From positions 310,001 through 374,000 of the forward strand of contig NW_021832611.1 of assembly GCF_006345805.1 (NCBI RefSeq): a stretch of DNA of 64,000 nt, in the 5' to 3' direction. The notes beneath the pieces are model-generated. The model ran no database searches, was not told where the DNA came from, and was given only the letters and a program-made list of their open reading frames with translations. Below are positions 52,120-64,000 of this stretch, piece by piece. Origin of the DNA: Octopus sinensis (taxonomy: Eukaryota). The position numbers were made by a program, and so were the translations under genes. Each line of letters begins with the position of its first letter. The stretch's first letter is position 1.

Positions 52120-53550
52120 AACTTCAAATAGTATGACCACTCCAAATAGTATGACCCTAAAAAATATCTTCATTTTATTTAAGCAAATATTTTTATTTTC
52201 GTATATTCTAACTAATAATTTCTCTTATTACAATGCTACAATTTTGAATTCTATTATAGGGTTTCCCGAGCTTTAGCGTCGAAAGGAAAAGCATTAGTGT
52301 TGACCATCCAAGCATTAGCGTTGATGCCTCAAACATTGGTGTTGATGAATCAGAATTAGTGTTTTTTATCAAAAATTAGTGTTCACGCTTTAAGCATTGA
52401 TGTTAAAGGTAAAAAAAATTAGCCTTTAAAACGCATATAAGGAAGCATTGACGTTTTTAGAGAATTCAAAACAACATTTTATTAATTAATCAAGGTTCTA
52501 TTCATTATTTGTTACTTTCTGCTCAGCAAGGGAAACATATCTGAGCATTTTTCGATATAAAAGGTCACAGCGTTCAACTATTATTTAATCCATCTTTTCA
52601 CAAATCCATTTTCAACTCCGATTCGGTCGTGAGATTTTCAGATGTCATTAGATGCTTCCATACAGAGAATACAATCTCTATGGGATTCATGAAAGGACAG
52701 TATGGTGGTAAATATTCAATATTAAATATCATAAATGATGGATATTGAATATCATGATTTTAATGCAAGTATTTCTAATCAAGTTTGATCAAAAATTCTT
52801 TAAAAGTTTTCCCATTTAAAGAAAAATTGAAAATTACATGGAAAATGATTCCATAGTTATTCATTGCCGCAAAACAGATATGTTTCTGCTTTTTCGACGT
52901 ATTGCTTGTGTAAATAATTCAATTAGGAAGAATAATTTTCACCACGAGATTTGCTGTCAAAATCTCCGGATTTTCTCCATTGAAAAAGTATTCGGGTTAT
53001 GGAGGATTGTGGTATATTTAGATAGTCACTTATTTCTTTGTTAGATTTTCCATTAATTAAATGTTCAGCAATCAGTTTTTTGGTTAAAAGAGATATAGTA
53101 TTTCTTTTTTGGTCCATATAATAGCTCTGACTCTAACACGGAATTCACCAAGAAACGTTAATGCTTGCTTCAAAAGAAGAAGCGGTTTAAAATTTAATGT
53201 CAAGTGCTTTTACATTAATGCTTGACGCGTGAACACTAATGCTTGATGCATTGACACTAATGTTTGCGATTTCTAAGTTCAAGATTTTAAAACTTCATAA
53301 TTTAGCAGGTTTTTTAAACTTGACTAAGATTGGCACATTTCTAAGATTATTTATATGGGAACATGTCTCGTTATGCTAGTTGTGTTAAGAGAAAAAATTG
53401 ATTTTATTAATCGTTTATTTTTTGATATGATTTTACGATTGAATAATTTTACGACTAAATACTGTAGCCATCCAAACAGTATGACTATTTTCAAGAAATT
53501 TTTGGTCATACTATTTAATAATATGACTCGTACTATTTGGAGTATTCAGT
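52120..53550 (-). mobile_element. IS630/Tc1-like element with long imperfect inverted termini
   Basis: HTH (NGKSNKEISDYLNIPQSSITRI) and EYLPPYCPFMNPIEIVFSVWK; AGCATTAGTGTT-like and CCAAATAGTATGAC-like repeats on the left are inverted on the right; exact ends unresolved. Confidence 0.7.
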
Positions 53551-53879
53551 TATATAATCGTTTTTTAAAACGTGTTTCATAATATTTTTAAATTTGATTA
53601 AATAATAAATTTATTTATTTTTAACGTGTTAAATTCTCGTTGTGTGCTATCTATTGTGTTATTCTTAATTATTTTATTTGTATGGCAGATGATGATTCTT
53701 AAGTCAGTCATGATTCTGATATAAGGATGACTCTTATTTACTGATGCCGGATAACATGTTCTATTAGAATAAATTTTGTATAACTGAGTTTTATGTCCCG
53801 CTGGATATTATACCAGTAGTTATTTTTTAAATAAATGGACATCGCAATACCTCGATATGGTGCCAAAATTTCCGTCATT

Positions 53880-54270
53880 TTTACCATCTAAGACTTTGTC
53901 TGTTAATGAATGTAAAGTTAACGTTTTTGCACGTTTCATTTGTTGGACTAATTAAGGACACCACTTTAATGTTGGAGTTAAAAATAATTATGTTCATAAA
54001 GTAGCAAACTAAGTTGGCTGTCTTCCAATGTAAGACTCCCATTAATCAGAGTAAAAGTCTCAGAGTTGAAAATTTTTCGGATTTGTTTGTATTATTTGTT
54101 AGATTAATGATCTCTTAATTTCCCACTAATGGCTGATGGTACAGGACAAGTCAGCAGACAATCCACATTGTCGGTTATCGTGGATGCAGAAATCCAGTCC
54201 CCAAAACACATTTCTAAGACAATTATTTTCGAATCCTTACAAGTAACTCACTGAGGGACATTTCACTATT
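53880..54270 (-). mobile_element. Possible degraded Pif1/Helitron helicase remnant
   Basis: SELLVRIR and VVSLISPTNETCKNVN resemble Pif1 motifs; many stops. Confidence 0.25.
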
Positions 54271-55004
54271 GATAATAAATTCTTGTATTAAAATAGTGAT
54301 CAAAATAGCGTGTACATACATTTCTTATTGAGTAAAATTTATTAGATATAATTTAAAGTAAGTTTATCTTGATTGTTAAGTTTATCGAACCAATGTTTTA
54401 TTGGAATTTGCGATTTTACTGAGTACTGTTTCTTAGATATAGTCGCCTCAAATTTCTCCTATATCAGAATTATGTTTACAAAAGAATCGTGATGGATTTT
54501 GATCTATTTTACTAGTCAATTAATTAATTAGAAAAAGCATGATTTTAAATCCGTTAGAAGAAATTATGTCTTGAAAAATTCCACTTAATTGTAAAGGGGC
54601 GCGATCTGGACTCAGTCTGTAACAATTTTTTACGACCTGCCTGTGCGGGAATTTTGTTGATGAAAAAAGACAAATACAAACTCTCCTGCAGAACAAGTTT
54701 CTTCAAGTTTCGTAGAGACTTAAAGATTTCGAAATCGTGTCACACTGTTTAGAGTCGCGAAATTTTCTCACTCAGTTACAGTCTATCAGCCTATATTATA
54801 AAGGAATAAAAACAGAGTGGAATAACTATTTTTGCAATACCAAAAAAGTATACACAAAGGATTTTTCTGACTATTTTAAAACGATAGTGCTTTAAAAAAT
54901 CTCATTTACTGAAAAGCCACTAATTATACAAAACTCTTAAAATTGAACAAATATTTGTCAAATAACAATTTATCCAAAGAAAAAAATCAATAAACTGAGA
55001 TTAA

Positions 55005-55412
55005 TTATCCAAAAATATCCATAATGTCCGAGTCGCCTAAAGATTAATATAACAATGGCGTCAAACTGTCGCTGGAAACTGGAGGTGGCGCCTTCTTTGC
55101 AGTCTCAGTAGGGGCAGCGGGTGCTTCTGTTTCTGCTACGGGAGCAGCACCAGTAGCAGAGGCAGGCGCAGCGGAAGTAGATACGCCAGCACATGATAGC
55201 ATATTTGAGCCTGATTCGTTTAGAAATAATTTCATCCCACCTTTATTAATAAGGTTTTCGAACGAATCAGCTTTCATTAGAGACATAAAATGATTAAGGG
55301 TTTCTAGATCTACATCACCACCGGCAGCGTTAATAATGGCAGAGATTTCATCAGATGATGGTTCATTATTTCCTCCAATTTGAGCTAGAGCGTATGATGC
55401 CAAATACTTCAT
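55005..55412 (-). CDS. RPLP2: 60S acidic ribosomal protein P2, two 30-nt introns
   Basis: MKYLASYALAQIGGN, Ala/Pro-rich hinge, spliced end SSDSDSDIMDIFG*; second intron 55037-55066. Confidence 0.9.
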
Positions 55413-55699
55413 ATCACAAAGGTTAATACTAAAGCACGTTATTGTTTTTATATTAATTAATTTAATTCATTCTAAAAATAATAATTTATTATAACAAAAA
55501 AAGGAAATTACAAATACAGAAGTTATACCATTGAAAATATTCGTTTATCGGATGGTTACAGGACAGCTGCTATTTCTTTTGTTTTTTATTTTTTGCCGTT
55601 TATTCTATTAAGATGAATTTGACTTGAAAAAAATTTCCACGAAAAAACATTCAGAAAATTCGGCGAGCATCAAACGAGACACTCTCCTGAATCCTCTTA

Positions 55700-56720
55700 A
55701 GAACAGTTGACTGCATATAAGCCTGTAGAGACTTATCTACACCAAGCTGTCTTAAGTACCGCTTGTGGTATTTTGTGACCAGTCTATTTCATGTCATTCC
55801 AGCCATACTTATTGCAGAGCAGAAGATGGATGGACCTCATCACCTCGTTATGTCTCCATATGTAATCATTGTAAAGCATACTCCCGCACTTCGTGGCTAA
55901 ATGGTCAACGGTCATCGCCTTACTTTTACAGTGGTTACACTGTTTCTGTTGACCATTAAAAAAGTTTTCTTCCTGCAAATATGGAAACAACCCTTCTGAT
56001 CGGGGAGAGTTATTCCTATATTTCAGCTACGTTGATGACCACAGGTTGTCCAAGCTGCTAAAGAGAGTTTTGTGAAGGACTTTTAAGTTCATCTTTTTAA
56101 TTAGGGATTCCCTCTGAAGTTTGATCAACTATTTCACATTAACTTGGGTAACACTCAGACCATACATTGCAACATATAGTCTTTTATGGTCCCTAGGTGT
56201 GCACTACGCGCTTTTTCAGCAGCTAGGATGGCAACCTTCTGTTGGATACACTCGACCCACTCCACAGGATGTCACGCATCTTAGTAAGAATTTGCTCATT
56301 TAAGTGTACGATGTTACTCAGTCCACGTCCTAGCTGCAGTATAATCTCTCCTTATTGCTCACATTGCCGCCCTACTACGCACACCCTTCACTACACACTT
56401 TCTCGTTTCGGGTGTGATTAATGAGGCTAGGCTCTCAACCACGCCAAGATAATTATACCCTTGGTGCTCCTTCAAGACTTTGACTAGGTCACTACACACA
56501 TAGGTGTTAGTCGCCGATTTGTTGTAGTTGAGCTCCAGACCTACGACCTTCATGAAAGCTTCCAAGGCTTTACCCATCGAGTGGAAGATCTCCGATGACC
56601 GAGCGAATAGTTTAATTTCATCTATTAACATAAGATGGTTAGTGCTGAAACACCTTCCATCATGTTCGATTGACATTTGTTCGAATTGGGCAACTTTACT
56701 CAGCGGTTCTTTCAATTCGA
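55700..56720 (-). mobile_element. R4/Dong-like non-LTR retrotransposon fragment (RT to zinc knuckle)
   Basis: NHLMLIDEIKLF, GLELNYNKSA, YNYLGV, CNHC..TVDHLATKC, YIWRHNEV. Confidence 0.8.
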
Positions 56721-57239
56721 TGCTTAAATCATTATTAAATTAAATCACGGAAAATTTTTTGCTGGCTAAATAAGTAATTCAAAGAAAATTTTTTCAAATA
56801 ATTTTTTTTTGTCTTTTTAACCTGTAAATTTCATTATTCATACTGTGGAAGAAATTTTGTTTTATTAAAACTAACTGTGTCATGTGTTTATTTATTAGAC
56901 CAAAGGATCAGCGATCTACTGGTCTACAATAATACAGAAATTCAATAGAAAAAAAGCTTAAAACAATTTTCTAGAGCCACGCATGGATGATTCTTCAAAC
57001 TAGTTTATTATCCTCTCCTGTTTGATGCCAGGTTCCGCGAACTGTTGGATCCTTAAAAAATTTAGTGTTCTTTTCATGGATTTCAGGTCATCGTTTAAGA
57101 CTTCCTAAGAATAATACATGGGTAACCTCAGAACTCCTGTCCAATGGTTTTGAAAAATTCTTGATAGTAATATTTGGACGAGTGTCCTCTTTATTCTTAA
57201 AATCTGATTTGAAAATTTTCTGCGCATCTCTATAATTAG

Positions 57240-59080
57240 AAAACTCAAAAGTCTTGAAGAGATTTAGGGCTACAGGTGATACCGCCCAGCAAAACCTAGG
57301 GGGGAAAAGGCGCCCTCCATACGTGGAAATGCCACCGCACTCCCCCCCTGGCGAGCGTGCTCCCCAGGACACCATTAGTCCTGAGGTGCAGTTGTGTGTG
57401 CGCCTACTAAAATTATGTAAGGCGACGAAGTGCAGTGTAGCAGATATGCTACATTGCAACATGGCTGAGGCCAAGAAGATCCTTGGCGAGGAACCGATAT
57501 GATGCTCAACATTATATCGGTGAACGCGCGCTCCTTATCCGGTAAAGGAGACACCGTTCAGAGGATGTTGGCCACCACGAGTGCGGACATTCTGGTGGTC
57601 AACGAAACGAAGGTAAAGGGGGGTCCGTACGTAGTTGATGGCTACAACTGTTGTCACATACCCTGGAAACAGGGGTCAATATGTGGCACGGGAACTAGCC
57701 TCTTCTACAAGCCGTACCTCGCCTTGCAAAGTTCAGGTTTATGTTCTTGTAGCCTATGCGAATTCCTTCAAGTAAGGAGTATAGGTAACCTTACATTTTA
57801 CCTAGGGGCGATGTATTCGAAGAACTTTACGGCGTGTTTGGCACGTACGGGAGTTCTTTGGAAAGCATCCGAAGGCGATGGTTGTTGGAGACCTGACCTG
57901 AATGCCAAGCACATAGAGCTTGGTTTCATGGTGTCTGTCTCATTCTCCGACTTGGACTGCTTGTTGATTACAAAAAGTGGAGGGGATGCCAAGGAAACGA
58001 CGAAGACAGTATTAGAAGACAATCTAGTTGTAAATTATGACATTGACCTGCTTCTATTGAAGAAAGGGTTCTGAGGATGACAAAAGTAATTAAGCGCGTC
58101 AGTGGCAGTAGTCAGAGGTGGGTGGTCAGGAATCGCAAAATTGACTCCACAATAATCACCCATTGAAATAATGGTATTTATTTTACAACATTGTTTATTA
58201 TATTTGTAATAAATTCAAATAAAATTGCTAAAATACTAAAAGCACCACTTCTTTTATTATTATTTTTGCATTGACGGGAGATCATAAGATATTTAAGTTT
58301 TTATTGTGCCGCGGTTAGTCTTCTTTTGCATATGCGTTTCCATGCCCCTCTTTTATCTGATAATGTTCGTAGTGCATCGAGATTCTTCCCACCTTGCAAT
58401 TTTTTGCTTAATCCTGCTAGATCTTCGTATAATGCGGTAGGTAGGGTGGCTCCGGACCTTCCACAGAATGCCCTTTCGGGTCGGACAAAAGATAATTTTT
58501 TAATTGTTTGTATTTCGTATACCTTTCCTACTTGTTCCTAATCATTCTCAAGAAACCATAATTCAAGGGCCTTCGCATATTCACTACCTTCATATAGTGT
58601 CGGAACATGATTTTTTCTTTCTTCTTCAACTTTGCCTTGCTGTTTTAGTTTTCTCGAAAAGTTATGTAGAAGACCTCGGGCTGGAAATCCGGACTTCAAG
58701 TGAGCCAAACCACATCGATTTGCGAGGCGGACGAGACTGGCTAGGGCTTGCTCTGGTCAGTCCTGGAATGCTAAATTGGGTTAGTAAAACAATTTTATTG
58801 CCCGATATTGGAAGCGACCATCTGCCTCTATTGCACGAACTCCGCGAGCCAGTCCCTCAAAGGGTTCCGGGATACTTCGACCTCCGGTCGGGTTCTTGGG
58901 CCAACCTGGAGAGGTTCATGGCCAGCAGGTTGCCCTCACTTCTGGTGGGGAATACCTGTGCCAATATACGTGAGTTGGAGGCGTTAGATAATGGAATCAA
59001 TGCTGCCCTGACTGATTATATGCGAGATAATTTCAAACAAAACTCAGTGCAGGGTAAGTCACATTCCACGCTCCCATAGA
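57240..59080 (+). mobile_element. APE-type LINE: ORF1 end plus ORF2 endonuclease, split by a roughly 740-bp insertion
   Basis: ISVNARSL, ILVVNETK, DLNAKH, then PNHIDL, PDIGSDHLPL; ORF1 stop and ORF2 start overlap as ATGA at 57499-57502. Confidence 0.8.
58310..58490 (-). mobile_element. RTE-like 3' fragment inside the LINE
   Basis: TLPTALYEDL..KLQGGKNLDALRTLSDKRGAWKRI, similar to the other RTE ends in the window. Confidence 0.55.
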
Positions 59081-59169
59081 AGAGCTTTTTAAGAAATTTT
59101 GTATAAATAGGAATTAAGATTATTTAAGACTCTTTTATCACACAGAGTTTATTTTTATTTTTTATATTC

Positions 59170-59395
59170 TTCAGGTTCTCTGGTTGATCAAAGGCAGTGC
59201 TTTACAAAGATTTGTAAATCTTTTACAACTATTTTGGATTTTTTTGAATCCCAAAATGAAGAGGAATTTTCAAGATCGATTTCAGAAAATAAGAAATATA
59301 TCTATCATTTAAAATGATTTTTTGCTAAATTGAATGAAATTTCCTTGAAATTGCAGGGAAGTGGTGTAACTATGTTTGACGTCAGAATTGAAATA
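59170..59395 (+). mobile_element. hAT transposase remnant
   Basis: WLIKGSALQRF..FAKLNEISLKLQG. Confidence 0.55.
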
Positions 59396-59597
59396 CCTGT
59401 AAACTCTCTCAAATTAGCCAACTCTCGAATCCGCCATTTTAAATGAAAATACAAATTTCCTAAGGAAATTCTCAAATCCGCCACAAAAAAATTTTCTGTG
59501 TTAATAAAAAAATAATTAAAAAATCAATAAAAAACCCTCTCGAATTTGCGACATTTCGATCAGGAACGAAAAATGGCGGATCCGAAAGAGTTTACTG
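59396..59597. mobile_element. TA-flanked MITE (pogo/Tigger-like ends)
   Basis: Left TA-CCTGTAAACTCT, right AGAGTTTACTG-TA; internal repeated AATCCGCCA motifs. Confidence 0.5.
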
Positions 59598-60145
59598 TAA
59601 TTAAATTCTGTGAAAGTTAAAAAATTATAGACATAGCTTTTAATCAGGGAAATCCAATTTTCAATATCCAGTAGATAAAGCATTTAATCAATTTGATCTA
59701 AAAATTTTTGTTGACTAATCTAATTAAAACAAATGGAAAAGCAATAACAATCAGATTTGGAATGAAAATCTAAAAAAGACATAACCGAGACAATGCTAAG
59801 GGAATTAGCAACTCTAAAACTTGGAGAAAGACTTATGATTGTCTCTCTTTTCAAGGTCTCTGAAGACATTAGAAAAAGAAACTTTTTATCTACGGCAACC
59901 ATGCAAAAACTTTTAAAATAATGAACAAAGGCAACCCGGTATCCATGGGGGTCTCATGGGTTCTTTTCTATTTTTCTAGGAAATTAAAATGTCTTAAAAA
60001 CCATTTAGAAAAATGATTTTTAAATGATAAAGTTTAATGCCAAGAAAATATAGATTGCAATATTTTAAATTTTTTTCTTAAATTTATTTATAATAATCAT
60101 ATAACTTTTTTAGATAATAATTTAGAAAATAGCTAGACAATGCAG

Positions 60146-60566
60146 TTATTTTGAACTGCCGGCGCATAAGATGGCCTGGCAGTTTCCTTGGACGATCGCC
60201 AACGAGACTCTTTGGAAAAGATGACGAGTCTCGTTGGGATCCTTGTTTCGTCTGGCAATCTTCGACCCCAGCCGACGAAGGAAAGAAAGCGATTCTGGGC
60301 CGATGACCCCGGATGTCTCCACGGCTACTGGCGCAAAAATGTGGTTTCTGGCCAGGTACGAGTATTTTCTTGTTTTTGTGACCTCCGCATGTCTTGCCGC
60401 TGAGCCGGGCTCAGCAACTGAAGAGATCAGGTTATGCGGGGAGAATGTGTCGGAACATGTCGCGTCCCAGATTAGGCATTTCCCGTGATCGAAGGGAAAT
60501 GTTGTCATGCCATCTGGGCGCTTTCCATCTCCGCGATCCAACCCGACTGGTTCCAGCACATTAGGG
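60146..60566 (-). mobile_element. CRE-like RLE 3' fragment, intact domain
   Basis: [47 protein letters not shown]. Confidence 0.88.
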
Positions 60567-60952
60567 ACTAATTTATAATTAAAAGATAATAAAATAAATA
60601 TTTTAAATTGATGGACTAATTTATAATTAAAAGATAATAAACTAAAAATTGTCGAAACGATTTTTATAATTATTAATACGAAAACATCAAAAAGAAAAAG
60701 AAGTTTAAAAATATAGATTCTATAGAACCAACTATATTAATGCATTGATATGTTAATGATACAAATCCTTTATTAATACGGTTAAATAAAGACGTCCTCT
60801 TTCGCAAAATAGACTGGTTTCTACGCAGTACGTATAAATCTTTCGCCTTTTACTAAAGATTTCCGTGTGTAGGAACTTTTTGTTTCTCATTTTTTTGTGC
60901 CTCTCTTGAGGTTTTAAATCTTTGTCTTTTTCCCTTACCATGCTGACTTATT

Positions 60953-61145
60953 CACTGATTTTTAATTGCTGATAAAAAGTAGTCAGGACGTTTTTTATCT
61001 CCTCGGTCAAGCCCGACCGGTTCAAGTACGGCTGGGTATCCTGCAGACTCCAGGGCTTGCTTGAAAATTTCGTTGATCGCCTTGTGTCTGGAAATCGTCT
61101 TGCACTTCTTCGACAAGAGAGAGCATGGTGTCCATAACAATCTTT
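60953..61145 (-). mobile_element. Internally deleted CRE-like insertion with 10-bp TSD
   Basis: [23 protein letters not shown] fused to the terminal FLSAIKNQ*; CTGACTTATT at 60943-52 and 61146-55. Confidence 0.75.
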
Positions 61146-61237
61146 CTGACTTATTTAAATTCTTTGATTCCTATTTAAAGCTGTTTATGCTCAAAAATTT
61201 TATATACATTCTGCGTTTGACTTATCCGCTTTGTACA

Positions 61238-61345
61238 TTATTGTGTTTCTGAGGCATGAGCAACTCCTGGCTCTGAATCCGCTGTTGCTGTCTGAGTAGG
61301 AAAAAAAGAAGAAAAATATTTATTTAAAAAAGCTGTTAGTAGAGG
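61238..61345 (-). mobile_element. Small CRE-like RLE fragment
   Basis: QTATADSEPGVAHASETQ..TK resembles the ..EPGSAA..AE..K segment. Confidence 0.45.
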
Positions 61346-61349
61346 GTAG

Positions 61350-63475
61350 ATTAAGACCTTCGGCATTCCTACCTTTTCAGTCCCGCACACACGCTCATCT
61401 TTCAGACACAAGCTAAGACTTCGATCTTTTGCTAAGAAACTCAGCACTTCGATCTTTTGCTAAGAAACTCAATTTCGGCTAATACTAATGTCAATTTTGA
61501 TGATGCCGGGTGGCAACAAGCGATCCTGCCAGTCCGTCACGGCGGACTAGGTCTGCAAGCTCCTTCTGTTTTGGCTCTCCCTTTCTACCTTTCTTCGTCA
61601 TACCGCTGTAGTCCGCTTGTCCTTAGGATTCTTTCTCCCCATTCCGAATCCGTTCTGGACCAAGAGCTTTCTCATGGTATCGAAGTTTGGTCTTCCCGTG
61701 GCTTCGACATTCCTTGCTATCCCTGCTATACAAAGGCGTGGACGGAACAATGTTTCTTCAGTTATACAATTTGCTATTATCCTCCTGTGATCAACACCGG
61801 CGCGCTTGTCTTTTGGCCGCATCCTCCGAATGGAGTGGCGCTTGGCTCAACGCATACCCTTCCGGAAATACGGGAACCCTGCTGGACCCAAAAAGTGTGC
61901 AGATTGGCATTTCTCTTAGACTTGGTCTGGACATCTGCTTTCCACACCTTGCCGCTGTGGTTCTGTCGTAGATCGGAAAGGTCTCCATCCACTTTCCTGT
62001 CGCAAAAGCCCTGGCCGGATTCCCAGCATTCTGAATTAAATTCCGTAGTAAAACATGCACTTGAAGCAGCCGGATTTCCCTGTCAGCTGGAGCCTCCTGG
62101 CCTTCTAAGGGAGGATGGTAAGAGACCTGACGGGGTCTCACTCTTTCCCTACAAGAACGGGAAAGCAATCGTCGGGATGCGACATGCTCTGATACTTTCG
62201 CATCATCATGTCTTTCCTTGTCGGCGGTCGAGGCTGGCTCAGCAGCCAAGAGGGCGGAGACGAAGAAGGCATCTAAGTACGCCTCCTCCCTGATGGACCG
62301 TTTCATCTTCGAACCGGTGTCAGTGGAAACTTCCGGTGTACTTGGCCCGTCTACTCTCCGTTTCCTCTCGAAGATCGGAAGGTCATTGGGAAGGGCAAGG
62401 AACGACCCCCGTGAACTGATGTGGCTTTTTGAGCGCATCTCTCTCGCAGTTCTAAGGGGGAACTGTTCCTCGATCCTCCTCTCGGCTGCGGTTCCGCCTC
62501 TTAATTAGTGATTTCTTTACCTTATAAACTGTCATATGATAAAAAAAAAAAAAAAAGCTAAGACTTATCGCCTTACCTGCTACCCAGACATTATCTTTTC
62601 TAGGACCTCAGGGAGGCTTTTGAGGGACAATTCCTCTCGCTATCCTAACCAATGGACTATATAGCAGGATGGCTCGTCTTCTGACTTTCTTGAGCGCGTC
62701 AACGTACTTCTCATAGTAGTGCCAGGCATTTACGCCACTTCCACTGTCAAAAGAAATCTTAATTGGGTTTCGAAAAATGCTGAGGTTGTTTCTAGATGCG
62801 CTACGTTCGATTCGGGTAACACCATGGCGCTAAACACGCGTAGCCAGGCACCTCTCCGCAGGTTGAAAGCATGCAACGCGCCTATTTGCTGCATTGCACG
62901 CATTTTTGTAAGTGCAATGTGATCATCAAACTTAACGGACGGCTTGAAGAGCACGCCCAAATAAGTCATCCGATCAAATGCAGCAATTGCTGACCCGTTC
63001 AGCAATAACCTAGGGACGTAATTAGTGTAACCCCTCGTCCTTTTACAGACTTTGAGGACACTGCACTTGTCCGCACGCACCTTAAGACCCCTACTCCCAC
63101 ACCAGTTTACAAGTCCATTCACAGCAACCTGACCCTACTGCTACATTAGAGGGACCCCGGGAAGGACTTTTGTGACTTTAGAAAAACACGTGGCGAGGGA
63201 GTTCCGGAGGCCGTCGTGCCAACACCGAGTCGAAGGCCTTTTCAATGTCAAGACTAACTAATATACCGCACTTTTTCTTCTGGACGGCGCACTTCATTTC
63301 GGAGGACACCTTCCACAAGCAGTCACCGCACGAACGACCCTGCCTGAAGCCAGATTGGAACTCGGGGAGGGCATCCGTCACCGTCAGCTCCTCCAGGAGC
63401 CTTCAATCGCTCACACTTGATCTAAAACGGGTTACACGCGTCGTCGGACTGAGCCTCAGGTTCACGACTGCCTGA
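61350..63475 (-). mobile_element. APE-type LINE RT region, split near its 3' end by the CRE-like insertion
   Basis: LPEFQSGFRQGRSC, SLDIEKAFDSV, NWCGSRGLKV..KC, TYLGVLF; sequence continues across the TSD (KAISLS|LCLKDE). Confidence 0.8.
61422..62556 (+). mobile_element. 5'-truncated CRE-like retrotransposon with A16 tail and TSD
   Basis: LPVRHGGLG, SGAWLNAYP, SLRLG, LEPPGL..GKRPDG, VETSGVLG, ERISLAVLRGN; poly(A) 62541-56; AAGCTAAGACTT at 61410-21 and 62555-66. Confidence 0.9.
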
Positions 63476-64000
63476 ATCAATCAACATTCTTATTTTGACC
63501 TTCTAATATTTAACTTTTTTTAAAAAAAATAGATGTTTTATTTTTTTAACATTTTAGTAACAATATTGAATCAAAGATATAATTAAAGTGCCAAATAGAA
63601 AAGGTTAAGATGGGATAAGTGGCCGAGAGAGTAGTCAAAAGCTTAAGGGTCAGCTCAACGACGCCGCACTCCGTATTGAATACCAGTTTTAACGATGCAT
63701 GACGACCGACTAAAAAAATTTAAAATTTGGTTGTTAAATTGGGAGTTTTCATTTGGAAAGAAAAACTAGAAACTATTATTATTAGTTATGGACAATCTTC
63801 CATTACATAAAATTACTGTGCAGTTAAAAAGCAATGAAATTTTGTTTTTACCCCAAAACTCTACTTTTAAATTACAGCATTTAGATCAAGCTGTAATCTA
63901 AAATCCAAACTTTTGAAAGAGAAGTTGTCAAATATTTTGGATAAATAGAATCGCGATTCAAGACCTTTATGCTTATAAAAGTTTGCCTTTAAAGTGCGTA

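Noticed and set aside
47524-61145. Direct-repeat-flanked internal TE fragments (47524-47703, 60953-61145) as programmed eliminated sequences
   Set aside because: Both contain the element's true C-terminus on the minus strand, so the repeats are ordinary TSDs. The plus-strand GDPVSP RT-like reading at 47590 is antisense coincidence.

Overview
AT-rich eukaryotic (animal) genomic DNA, not prokaryotic. I reconstructed 11 host genes by eye: ferrochelatase, an ABCB6/HMT-1 half transporter, an innexin, a REXO1-like exonuclease, a thioredoxin-glutathione reductase (selenoprotein with SECIS), a 216-aa orphan, an R7-family RGS, AMDHD2/NagA, RPL7L1/Rlp7, aminoacylase-1 and ribosomal P2. There is also a TRPV-type channel with a very long ankyrin array. 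The genes are split by about 90 (hand count) extremely short spliceosomal introns, mostly 23-35 nt. With the protostome-type innexin this points to a dicyemid mesozoan or a similarly reduced animal (inference). A large part of the remainder is transposon-derived: hAT, Tigger/pogo, Tc1/IS630, Helitron, RTE, APE-LINEs, CRE-like and R4-like RLE retroelements. The strongest signals are: (i) relaxed splice-site usage in micro-introns (5 GC-AG, 1 GA-AG, 1 apparent GT-TG); (ii) an apparently young hAT whose transposase carries host-sized micro-introns; (iii) a TGR ending GCUS; (iv) a TRPV pore on about 17 ankyrin repeats; (v) a P2 protein lacking the canonical C-terminal motif. Several single-base deletions in homopolymers suggest assembly indel errors, so every single-nucleotide claim needs read or RNA confirmation. 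No CRISPR, rRNA or tRNA genes were found.
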